Sequence record: SRR20825006_2814
DNA: 58,680 nt
Strand: one strand, 5' to 3'
This document shows positions 30,133 to 39,385 of this stretch, in pieces; position 1 is the stretch's first letter, and the number at the start of each line of letters is the position of its first letter. Below the pieces are notes generated by a model that was not told the origin of the DNA, made no database searches, and worked only from the letters and a program-made list of their open reading frames with translations. The translations under genes were made by a program, and so were the position numbers.

Positions 30133-30247
30133 GGGAGCGTTGATTGAAGAGGGGGAGTCGAACTTTGGCTGATTAAAGGAGCATCCGAGGCATTCCAGAC
30201 AACGTGCCACAACCGATTGCTGGGCACGGCGTGCTGTTTTTTGCCGA

Positions 30248-31567
30248 TTAGGCGTCCATCATGACTCGTTCTCGGAAAGCACTGGCGGGCAATCGCACGC
30301 CGGCGGCTTCGAGTTTGTCCATGAAGCTTGGGCGAACACCGCTGCAGACAAATTGCCCGTGGGCTTTGCCTTCGGCGTTGATGCCTTTTTGGTTGAATCG
30401 ATAGATGTCTTGCAGGATGATCGTGTCTTGTTCCATCCCGACAACTTCGGTGATGGCGGTAACGCGACGAGGTCCACCTTGCAGTCGGTTGGCTTGAATC
30501 AAAACATCCACCGCACCGCTGACTTGTTGGCGGATGGCTTTGACCGGCAATTCGAAACCGGACATCATCACCAACGTTTCCAAACGAGCGATGGCGTCAC
30601 GAGGCGTGTTAGCGTGAATCGTTGTGAGCGATCCATCGTGACCCGTGTTCATGGCCTGCAACATGTCCAGCGTTTCGCCGCCACGGCATTCGCCGATGAT
30701 GATTCGCTCGGGACGCATCCGCAGGGCGTTCTTGACCAGGTCAGTCGCGGTGACCGCTCCGTTGCCTTCGATGTTGGGTGGTCGTGTTTCCAAACGGACA
30801 ACATGGTCTTGTTGCAACTGAAGTTCAGCCGCGTCTTCGATCGTCACGATTCGGTCTTCGTGGCCGATGAACGACGACAGTGTGTTCAGTAGCGTTGTCT
30901 TACCAGAACCGGTACCACCGGCGATGATCATATTCAGGCGTGCTTTGATGCAGCCTTCGAGCAACATCACCATTTCAGGCGTGAACGCTCGGTAATTCAA
31001 CAGGTCTTCCAGTCGCAATGGATTGCTGCCGAAACGACGAATCGAAACCGCTGCACCATCGAGTGCCAGCGGAGGAATGATCGCGTTGACCCGCGAACCG
31101 TCGTCCAATCGAGCGTCAACCATTGGGCAAGTTTCGTCGACGCGGCGGCCGACTTTACTCACGATTCGGTCAATGATTTGCAGAAGGTGTTTGCCGTCGC
31201 GGAATTCCACGTCGGTCTTCTGCATTTGACCGCCCTTCTCGACATAAATGTTCTTGGGGCCGTTGATCAGAATATCGCTGACTTTCGGGTCTTTCAGGAT
31301 CAATTCCAATGGACCGAGGCCAAAGGTTTCGTCCAGGACTTCGTCAACGATTCGCTCACGCTCTTGACGGTTCAGCAGCGTGTCTTCGGCATCGCATAGA
31401 TGTTCAACCACCATGCGGATTTCACGTTTGAGCGTGTCGCCTTGGAGGTCACCGACACGCGATAGATCCAGTTTGTCGACCAACTTACCGTGAATACGGC
31501 GTTTGATTTGCTCGAATTGTTCTTGGCGATTCGCTTCGGGACGTTGGGGAGGCGCTGCTTGTCGCAT
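30248..31567 (-). CDS. cpaF: Tad pilus ATPase TadA/CpaF
   Basis: [64 protein letters not shown]. Confidence 0.95.
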   Translation of the reverse strand: MRQAAPPQRPEANRQEQFEQIKRRIHGKLVDKLDLSRVGDLQGDTLKREIRMVVEHLCDAEDTLLNRQERERIVDEVLDETFGLGPLELILKDPKVSDILINGPKNIYVEKGGQMQKTDVEFRDGKHLLQIIDRIVSKVGRRVDETCPMVDARLDDGSRVNAIIPPLALDGAAVSIRRFGSNPLRLEDLLNYRAFTPEMVMLLEGCIKARLNMIIAGGTGSGKTTLLNTLSSFIGHEDRIVTIEDAAELQLQQDHVVRLETRPPNIEGNGAVTATDLVKNALRMRPERIIIGECRGGETLDMLQAMNTGHDGSLTTIHANTPRDAIARLETLVMMSGFELPVKAIRQQVSGAVDVLIQANRLQGGPRRVTAITEVVGMEQDTIILQDIYRFNQKGINAEGKAHGQFVCSGVRPSFMDKLEAAGVRLPASAFRERVMMDA

Positions 31568-31832
31568 GGTTCTATAAATCCTTGTCGGTGTGCCGGGCAC
31601 CCTCACAGAGTGCCTGAAATGACTCACCCAACCCTACGACCTAAACGGTGCGCATGTCGTCAAAACGCAACATGATCCTGCAAATTTGAACGCTCTGCAG
31701 AGGCTTTGCGGGTTATGACGAGGCTGCGAGTTGGAAAAGATGAACCGTTGCAATTTGAAGTGGCCCGCTTTGCTAGGATGGAGCTTTGAAGTCGCTTTCG
31801 CCGGTCATTGGAACAGGAACGAAGAGAACATC

Positions 31833-32843
31833 ATGAACCAACGCTGGAGAGTGCCTCGAAATAGATTGGTTGTCGTTTCCGCCTTTGCGATCGCACTGAT
31901 CGGATTGGGCCGAGTCGCCTCCGCCCAGGAAGATGCGGTGGTTGCGGCAACCACTCCGGAAGTTGACACGTCTGACGAGACCGCGAGTGAGGCAGCGCCC
32001 GTTTACAGCAATTTTCGCGAAGCGTATTCAGCGGCATTTCGATTTCGGGAAGCGGGCGATTTTCAGGCCGCGAAGGCAGCCTTGCAGTCCGCCATCGAAC
32101 TGGCCACACGAGATCGCGAGATAGCGGATGCCCATCGCACCTTGATCTCGGTGCATTCGGAGCTGAGCGATCAAGACAAGATGTTCGAGTCGCTTGAGTA
32201 TGTGGTCGAGAACGCTCCCTACCCCGCCTTTGCTTCTTTGTCGATTGGATCGGTCAATGCGATTGCGAGACGGAAGGGCTGGGTCAACGAAATGAAAGCT
32301 CGTTATGAAAAGCAGCTGAAAATAGATCCGCAGGATCGAACCGCTCTCGTGGTCATGGAAGCGTATACCTACAACGTGGCACGTGATCACGCGAAACGCG
32401 GCGAGTACATCGATCGATTGCTGAAGCTCAATGAGGAGGAGGGCAAGCCACTCGATGTTGAGATGATGATCAATCGTGCGTTCTGCGATCGATTGACCCG
32501 TGATTTCGAAACCGCGGCGAAACGTTATGAGGCGGTGTCGAAAGAGTCCGAGGATGTGAAAGCGTATTGTTTAATGGAAGCCGCCTATTGTTGGGAGAAC
32601 GCGGGGAACAAGAAGAAAGCTTTGAAGGCCGCCCTGGCTGCCGATGCAATCGGGCCGGACAAACGAGCGAAACGCAGTCTGTATCAGTGGCACCGGACGC
32701 TCGCCGATTTGTTCTTGACTCATCTGAAGAAGGACGAAGCAATCAAGCACTTCGAAGCTGCTTTGCAGGAAGCCAATATTGATGCGTATCGAGATCAGTG
32801 CCGCGAAAAGTTGCGAATCGCGAATGCACTGAAGGACTCGTGA
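31833..32843 (+). CDS. Exported TPR-like alpha-helical protein
   Basis: Signal peptide ending ASA-Q; repeated TPR-like helices (GDFQAAKAAL, RDFETAAKRYE, KDEAIKHFEAAL). Confidence 0.65.
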   Translation: MNQRWRVPRNRLVVVSAFAIALIGLGRVASAQEDAVVAATTPEVDTSDETASEAAPVYSNFREAYSAAFRFREAGDFQAAKAALQSAIELATRDREIADAHRTLISVHSELSDQDKMFESLEYVVENAPYPAFASLSIGSVNAIARRKGWVNEMKARYEKQLKIDPQDRTALVVMEAYTYNVARDHAKRGEYIDRLLKLNEEEGKPLDVEMMINRAFCDRLTRDFETAAKRYEAVSKESEDVKAYCLMEAAYCWENAGNKKKALKAALAADAIGPDKRAKRSLYQWHRTLADLFLTHLKKDEAIKHFEAALQEANIDAYRDQCREKLRIANALKDS

Positions 32844-32957
32844 GCCAACCTGACCGCTCGAGTTTTTTGAAAAGAGCGTTGTTGGGTGGTTTGGACGATT
32901 GGCGGGCGTGTGCTCGAATGGGGGCGGATTGTTCGAGCGTTTGCTAATTGAGTCGTG

Positions 32958-34940
32958 ATGGCTGTTGTTGAAAATTCTGTGAGCGAAGTGTTGGACCGAC
33001 GCGAATTGCGTGGGACGTTGGATCGTTTGCGTGGCGAGTTGTTGGCGCAGCGAACGACGGATGGGCACTGGACTGGCGAATTGTCCGCTTCGGCGCTGTC
33101 AACCGCGACTGCGATCAGCGCGATGAGTGCTGCGGTTCGATCGGGCAAGTTGGCTGGCGCGGACAAAGCCGCTTTGTTGGAACAGATTCAAAGCGGGCGG
33201 CGATGGCTCGCGGGTCAGCAGAATGACGATGGTGGGTTTGGCGATACGGATCGTAGTCACAGCAATATCGCCACCAGTTATCTGGTACTCGCAGCGTGGA
33301 CTTTGTCTGATCAAGTCACGGGCGAGACGACCGATGCAAACGCGATTTCGCGATTGCGGAACTGGATTCAGCTTGCCGGCGAGTTGGACGGGCTGCGACG
33401 CAGGTATGGCAAAGACAAGACATTTGTCGTTCCGATTCTGACCAACATGGCGATCGCGGGTTTGGTGCCTTGGAAGAAGGTTTCGGCGTTGCCGTTCGAG
33501 GCGGCAGTTGTCCCTCAATCGATGTATCGGTTCGTTGGGATGCCCGTGGTCAGTTACGCGGTGCCGGCTCTTGTCGCGATTGGACAAGTGAAGTTTCTCG
33601 AAGGGGGCGGTTGTTTGCCGCCGTGGTCCTTGGTTCGGCGAGCGGCGATCGAGCCGTCGATGAAGGTGTTGCGTTCGATGCAGCCTTCCAGTGGTGGGTA
33701 CCTCGAAGCCACACCGTTGACCGCATTTGTGGTGATGTCGTTGTCGGCGAGCGGACGTGCGGATCACGAAGTCACGCAAAACGGGCTGCGTTTCTTGCGG
33801 GATTCAATGTTGCCTGATGGCAGTTGGCCGATCGACACGAATCTTGCGAATTGGGCGACCTCGTTGGCAACCACCGCTTTGGCGATGGATCCCGATGACG
33901 ATCGGTCTTGGTCGACCAATGAACTGATCCAGTGGCAACGAGGTTGTCAGTATCAAGAACGTCATCCGTTCACGGGAGCTGACCCGGGGGGCTGGGGGTG
34001 GACGGATTTAACGGGATCAGTACCGGACGCTGATGACACTCCCGGTGCAATCATTTCACTTCGAATGCAGGCGACCACCCGGCCAGATCTGTTGTGCGAT
34101 GACTACTCCCGGGATTGGCCGGCATCGGATTCGTCAGGTTCGGTATCTGAAAATGCGTTGGATACTTGGCAAGCGTGCGACCGGGGTGTCGATTGGTTGT
34201 TGGGGCTGCAGAATCGAGACGGGGGTTGGCCGACGTTTTGTCGGGGATGGGGCAAGTTGCCTTTTGACCGCAGCAGCAACGATTTGACGGCCCATGCTTT
34301 GAGGGCGATCGCGTGTTTGCCACAACGTGAATCGGCGAAACGATCACGGGCGGTGCAGCGTGGGCTTCGGTTCCTACGGAAGAATCAGCAAGCCGATGGT
34401 TCGTGGTTGCCGCTGTGGTTTGGCAATCAGGATCGGCCCGAGGAAGACAATCCGATTTATGGCACATCGCGGGTGTTGGTCGACGTCAGTCCAGCATTGG
34501 GGCACGACGCAATCTCGCGAGGGTTGCATTATTTGATCAACAGCCAAAACAGCGACGGGGGGTGGGGTGGCGGAGAATCCGTTCGCGAAACTTTTGGATT
34601 GCCCGAGGGTTTCATCAGTTCCGTGGAAGAAACGGCGCTTGCGGTGGAGGCGTTGGTCAGTTGGTGGGGCCGAATTCCCGGGAATGAGGGCGGGCGGGCC
34701 GCTGAAAACGACATTCCCGATGGAAGCCCATGGGATGCGTCGATGCGTTCCGCACTGCGAGCGGCTATACTTTCGGGCACCCGCTGGCTGATCGATGCCG
34801 TGCAACGCGAGCGTCACCAGGTGGCTTGGCCGATCGGGTTTTATTTTGCCAAACTTTGGTATTACGAACGGCTTTACCCGTTGGTCTACACGACCGCGGC
34901 GTTGGGCCGGGTTATGCAACGCGACGAACTACTTAGGTGA
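32958..34940 (+). CDS. Squalene-hopene-cyclase-like class II terpene cyclase
   Basis: Multiple QW repeats (QRTTDGHW, QNDDGGFG, LQNRDGGW, QQADGSW, QNSDGGW); catalytic PDADDT; GFYFAKLWYYERLYP. Confidence 0.88.
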   Translation: MAVVENSVSEVLDRRELRGTLDRLRGELLAQRTTDGHWTGELSASALSTATAISAMSAAVRSGKLAGADKAALLEQIQSGRRWLAGQQNDDGGFGDTDRSHSNIATSYLVLAAWTLSDQVTGETTDANAISRLRNWIQLAGELDGLRRRYGKDKTFVVPILTNMAIAGLVPWKKVSALPFEAAVVPQSMYRFVGMPVVSYAVPALVAIGQVKFLEGGGCLPPWSLVRRAAIEPSMKVLRSMQPSSGGYLEATPLTAFVVMSLSASGRADHEVTQNGLRFLRDSMLPDGSWPIDTNLANWATSLATTALAMDPDDDRSWSTNELIQWQRGCQYQERHPFTGADPGGWGWTDLTGSVPDADDTPGAIISLRMQATTRPDLLCDDYSRDWPASDSSGSVSENALDTWQACDRGVDWLLGLQNRDGGWPTFCRGWGKLPFDRSSNDLTAHALRAIACLPQRESAKRSRAVQRGLRFLRKNQQADGSWLPLWFGNQDRPEEDNPIYGTSRVLVDVSPALGHDAISRGLHYLINSQNSDGGWGGGESVRETFGLPEGFISSVEETALAVEALVSWWGRIPGNEGGRAAENDIPDGSPWDASMRSALRAAILSGTRWLIDAVQRERHQVAWPIGFYFAKLWYYERLYPLVYTTAALGRVMQRDELLR

Positions 34941-36916
34941 TTGGCTTGTCGACCGGATCCCCCTCCCTTCCCGCTTCTATCCCGCCGAATGAGAATGCAT
35001 CGAGCGATGTGTCTGTTCCGGGAACCTCCTCGGGGCGTCGTCGAAAGACGAGCCATTTAAAGGAGGTGCCAGAAACATTGGCGATGCGGGAAAGCTTGCG
35101 AGATCGATGCGCGCAAGTGGCTGCCAAACTGGACCGTTCTCATCCGATGACCAAGGATGAAATGGAACAGATCTCTCGCCGAATGCTCGAAGAGGCTGAT
35201 TTGCCCGAGAGCTATCTGGGCTGGGTGATGGTGATGATCAGCAGCGAGTTTTGGGCCGACGCGCTCGCCTCGGTACCGCCGGAACGACGACTGTTTTTGC
35301 TTCCTCACTGTTTGAAGCACGCCGAAGGTTGTCCTGCCGAATACGACCAATTCGGCATGAATTGCAAAGAATGCGGTGCCTGCAGCATCGCGGATTTCCG
35401 CTCGATCGCCGAAGACATGGGCTACCGAGTGTTGGTGGCCGAAGGTTCACCGGTCGTCATGAAGATCATCGTTGGCGGGTACGTTGACGCGGTTGTCGGT
35501 GTGGCTTGTTTGAACGTTTTGGAAAAAGCGATCGACAAAGTTTTGCTGGCGGGAATTCCCTGCATGGCCGTGCCGTTGCTGTCCAGTGATTGTCGCAACA
35601 CCAAGGTCGACGAGCCTTGGGTGGAGCAGATGATTCGCACGCCGTACAAACCTGCCGCTGCGAAAACAAAGAGTTACGTTCACTTGATGCGTGCGGCTGG
35701 ATTGCTGTTCGAGGACACTTTGTTCGAACGATTGGCGCCGCGGCAGCGGGAAAGTCATCTGGGTGGCGAAGGTGGCAACGCCTATTCACCCGGTACACGG
35801 ATGTTGGGTGCGACACCGTCGGAGAACGGAGCACGTCCTGCTGTGACTCCCGAGCAACTTGAAGGCATCGATCCGATCGCGGCGACGGAGACGATCGCTC
35901 TCGACTTCCTGGCTCGCGGCGGCAAACATTCGCGTCCGTTCATCACTTTGGCAGCCTACGACGCCATGATGGGTGGCGATGGCACCGGAGCCGATGGAGA
36001 GGATGTGCTCAATCGCGTGCCGGATGCGGTTCGTCGTGCTGCGCTCAGCATTGAAACATTCCACAAAGCCAGCCTTGTCCACGACGACATCGAAGACGGC
36101 GACGCGTTCCGATACGGGCAGCCGGCTGTGCATCAGCGATTTGGGACCGCGACGGCGATCAACGTTGGCGATTACCTCATCGGGCTTGGGTATCGTTTGC
36201 TCAGTCGAAACATGATGGGCGACGATGTTGATGCGGAAACGAGAGTTGATTTGCTGGACTCCTTGGCCGCCGCCCACGTTCGATTGTCTGAGGGACAGGG
36301 GGCGGAGTTGCTTTGGCGAGACGCGAAGGATCGGCGTCTGACACCATTGGACGCTCTAAAAATTTACGCGCTGAAAACTTCGCCCGCGTTTGAGGCTGCT
36401 CTTTACAGCGGCGTGCGGATGGCGGGCGACGCATCGGCATTGATTGATCCGATCCGCAAATTCAGTCGCAACCTGGGTGTGGCGTTCCAGATCATCAACG
36501 ATTTGAATGACTGGGCCGGTGACGATTCCAACAAGCTGACTGCGGGTGCCGATGTAATCGGTGGGCGTCCAACGCTGCTTTGGGCGTTGGCACTGCAACA
36601 TTTGGAAGACGAAGACAAACAGACTTTGCTTGCTTTGGCGGAACCTGATTGTGAATTGTCTGATCGCGAACGTTTGACCACGGTACGCCGATTGTACGAG
36701 AAGGCAAACGTGTTCGAGATGAGTCTGCAATTGATCGACAAGCACCAGGCTCGAGCCGAGCAAGTCGCGGACGAAATCGAGAATGAAAGCTTGCGGCGTC
36801 TGCTGTACTTCTTGGTCGACACCGTCCTGGAGCGACCCGAGTCAGCCGGGGCCAGCGAGGAAGCCAAACAGTCGAGCTCGCCCGCCGTCGTCAAGATTGG
36901 TGTGGTCGCTCGATAG
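34937..36916 (+). CDS. DUF116-like Cys-rich domain fused to trans-polyprenyl diphosphate synthase
   Basis: LLPHCL..C..CKECGACSI..GVAC..DC; GGKHSRP, HKASLVHDDIED, NVGDYL, GQGAE, LKTS, FQIINDLND. Confidence 0.85.
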   Translation: MIGLSTGSPSLPASIPPNENASSDVSVPGTSSGRRRKTSHLKEVPETLAMRESLRDRCAQVAAKLDRSHPMTKDEMEQISRRMLEEADLPESYLGWVMVMISSEFWADALASVPPERRLFLLPHCLKHAEGCPAEYDQFGMNCKECGACSIADFRSIAEDMGYRVLVAEGSPVVMKIIVGGYVDAVVGVACLNVLEKAIDKVLLAGIPCMAVPLLSSDCRNTKVDEPWVEQMIRTPYKPAAAKTKSYVHLMRAAGLLFEDTLFERLAPRQRESHLGGEGGNAYSPGTRMLGATPSENGARPAVTPEQLEGIDPIAATETIALDFLARGGKHSRPFITLAAYDAMMGGDGTGADGEDVLNRVPDAVRRAALSIETFHKASLVHDDIEDGDAFRYGQPAVHQRFGTATAINVGDYLIGLGYRLLSRNMMGDDVDAETRVDLLDSLAAAHVRLSEGQGAELLWRDAKDRRLTPLDALKIYALKTSPAFEAALYSGVRMAGDASALIDPIRKFSRNLGVAFQIINDLNDWAGDDSNKLTAGADVIGGRPTLLWALALQHLEDEDKQTLLALAEPDCELSDRERLTTVRRLYEKANVFEMSLQLIDKHQARAEQVADEIENESLRRLLYFLVDTVLERPESAGASEEAKQSSSPAVVKIGVVAR

Positions 36917-36998
36917 ACCTGAGTTGCGGATTGGCCCGCCATTCGCGCATTTTGTGGAACCAACTGAACATCGCCCAACGCGGTCTCCCGTTTGAAAG

Positions 36999-37649
36999 TT
37001 GCTCATGCCTCCTGGTTCACCTTCCACCGATATCGAAACGTTGAGCGAATCAGGCGAACAAGTTGATTTGAAGTCGCTGCTGAAAGAATTCTACAGCGAC
37101 TTTGGTGAGCTAGCCGAGTTTGAGTTGGTCACCGATATCCCCGAGCCGTTCGATACGTTGCTCAATCACCAATCTCATATGACGGTGACGGTCGAGCACT
37201 ACCACGGTGAACCGGTTGATGTGGTGGTGCACCGCCGCCGCAATCGTTTTCGTGATGGCCGGGTGGCTCAGGCGGTGGACGTCGCAAAGCCAGAGGAATT
37301 GGATGCAACGGAAGCGTACACGCGAGAGATCACGTTGGTCACGCAGGACACTCAGCGAGTGGTCCAGCACGGTATCGTTCGCTTGGATCCTTCGGCGCTT
37401 TCGCGATCCGTTTGGCATCAAATCGCCAGCGGAGAGATTCCATTGGGGCGTGTTTTGATTGAGAACAATGTTCTCCGGCAGGTCCAACTTTGTCGTCTGT
37501 GGAAGGTGACTGCCGGACAACGGTTGGCAGAATTTCTGAATCTAAATGTCGGGGACGTCGTCTACGGGCGAACCGCTTTGATCCGCTGTGATCATCGTCC
37601 CGCGATCGAATTGCTTGAAATTGTGCGTGGAAACGGCCCAATTGGCTGA
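36999..37649 (+). CDS. Chorismate-lyase (UbiC/DUF98/UTRA-fold)-like protein
   Basis: LL..SHMT..VE, REITL, IPLGRVL, YGR, PAIELLE pattern. Confidence 0.55.
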   Translation: MLMPPGSPSTDIETLSESGEQVDLKSLLKEFYSDFGELAEFELVTDIPEPFDTLLNHQSHMTVTVEHYHGEPVDVVVHRRRNRFRDGRVAQAVDVAKPEELDATEAYTREITLVTQDTQRVVQHGIVRLDPSALSRSVWHQIASGEIPLGRVLIENNVLRQVQLCRLWKVTAGQRLAEFLNLNVGDVVYGRTALIRCDHRPAIELLEIVRGNGPIG

Positions 37650-37713
37650 TCAGGAATTCCGTCGCAAGGGAGCAAGTCCATCGAGGTCTTCCCCCCTGTG
37701 GGCGGTGGGTTAA

Positions 37714-37741
37714 TTGACACAAGGAGTGTTTTTGTTACGAT
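37714..37741 (+). promoter_or_regulatory. Putative sigma-70 promoter for the DUF1501 operon
   Basis: TTGACA, 16-bp spacer ending TGn, TACGAT. Confidence 0.55.
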
Positions 37742-37989
37742 GCGAATGTTTTGAGAGTACGAATCGTTCTCGCCAACGTTCCTGTTGCGAGGTGATTCAG
37801 ACTCAACGAAACAAGAGCGTTGACGAAGACCGCCACTACTGTCCACGAATGTTGGATCCCACCTTTCACCAGTCTTGATCGCCCTGGTCGAGCTTGGTCC
37901 CACCCCTTTTTGGTTTTGCTCGTAACTCGCCGCGAAGGCGAATGTTGTGAAGAGCCAATTTCCCGCTTCATTTGAGGAGCATCAGAGAC

Positions 37990-39309
37990 ATGCGTTGTCA
38001 CGGAAACCCACTGACGCAGCCCGGCATGTTTGGTCGCCGAGGATTCTTGGTTGCGGGAGCAGCCAGCGGTCTTGGATTGAGTTTGCCTCAATTGCTGATG
38101 CGAGAGGCATCCGCTGAAATCAAACAGTACGACTTTGTCAAACCGAAGGCGAAGAGTGTCATCCACATCTACTTGCCCGGTGGGATGGCTCAACAAGAAT
38201 CATGGGATCCCAAGCCTTACAGCCCGATGGAATATCGTGGCGATCTGGGAACGATCAAAACCAACACGGGCGAAGTCATCGGCAGTGCGATGCCTCAGCT
38301 GGCCAAGCGAGCTGACAAGTACTGCGTCATTCGTTCGATGTCTCACGGTGAAGCGGCACACGAGCGTGGCACGCACAACATGTTCACTGGGTACAAACCC
38401 AGCCCCGCGTTGAGTTACCCCAGCTTCGGTGCTGTGGTGAGTCATGAATACGGCCCGCGAAATAATTTGCCAGCCTACATCTGTGTGCCCAACGTTCCCA
38501 ACGAGTTTGCCGGAACGGGGTATCTGCCCAGTTCGTACGGCGGATTCGCTTTGGGAGCGGATCCCGCACGAGACGATTTCCAGGTTCGCGATTTGAACTT
38601 GGCCGGCGGCGTCGATGAAGCTCGCTTCATGCGTCGCAAACGTGCGTTGGAAATGGTGAACCAGCGATTCGTTACCGGCACGTCAGCAGACAATGTTGGT
38701 GCGATGAACACGTTCTACGAGCGTGCTTACGATTTGCTGGATACGCCAGAAGCCAAAGCGGCGTTCGACCTGTCCAAAGAAGACGACAAAACTCGTGATC
38801 GTTACGGTCGCAATACAGCTGGTTCGCGAATGTTGATGTGTCGTCGTTTGATCGAAGCCGGTTCGCGGTTGGTCACCATGACTTACGGGTCTTGGGACAT
38901 GCACACGTCGATCACATCCGGAATTCGTGGCCAAATGCCTTCCTTTGATCAAGGTTTGGCTGTGCTTCTGGATGACCTCAGCGAACGTGGTTTGCTGGAC
39001 GAAACGTTGGTCATGGTCACCAGCGAATTTGGTCGGACACCCAAGATCAACGCGGACGCGGGCCGAGATCACTGGCCAAAGGTCTTCAGCGTGATGCTGG
39101 CCGGCGGTGGTGTTCAAGGCGGCATGATCCACGGTGCGTCGGATTCGACCGCGTCGGAACCTGAGCTCGATCCTGTTTCGCCTGCCGACTTGGCGACGAC
39201 CATGTATCGATTGCTGGGCATCGTGGCTGACAAAGAGCTGATGGCACCTGGTGATCGGCCCATCGAAATTGTTGATGGCGGAAACGTCATCGAGAAAATC
39301 TTGACCTAG
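37990..39309 (+). CDS. DUF1501 protein with twin-arginine signal
   Basis: GRRGFL; AKSVIHIYLPGG...WDPKP, RDRYG, WDMH, SEFGRTPKIN..GRDHW, LAGGG. Confidence 0.9.
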   Translation: MRCHGNPLTQPGMFGRRGFLVAGAASGLGLSLPQLLMREASAEIKQYDFVKPKAKSVIHIYLPGGMAQQESWDPKPYSPMEYRGDLGTIKTNTGEVIGSAMPQLAKRADKYCVIRSMSHGEAAHERGTHNMFTGYKPSPALSYPSFGAVVSHEYGPRNNLPAYICVPNVPNEFAGTGYLPSSYGGFALGADPARDDFQVRDLNLAGGVDEARFMRRKRALEMVNQRFVTGTSADNVGAMNTFYERAYDLLDTPEAKAAFDLSKEDDKTRDRYGRNTAGSRMLMCRRLIEAGSRLVTMTYGSWDMHTSITSGIRGQMPSFDQGLAVLLDDLSERGLLDETLVMVTSEFGRTPKINADAGRDHWPKVFSVMLAGGGVQGGMIHGASDSTASEPELDPVSPADLATTMYRLLGIVADKELMAPGDRPIEIVDGGNVIEKILT

Positions 39310-39385
39310 TCGCTGACTTCACGTCATCGACGGTCCAATCCCACCTATTCCCGCCCCGCCTCTATCCCACCAAAGGTTTGTTGTG

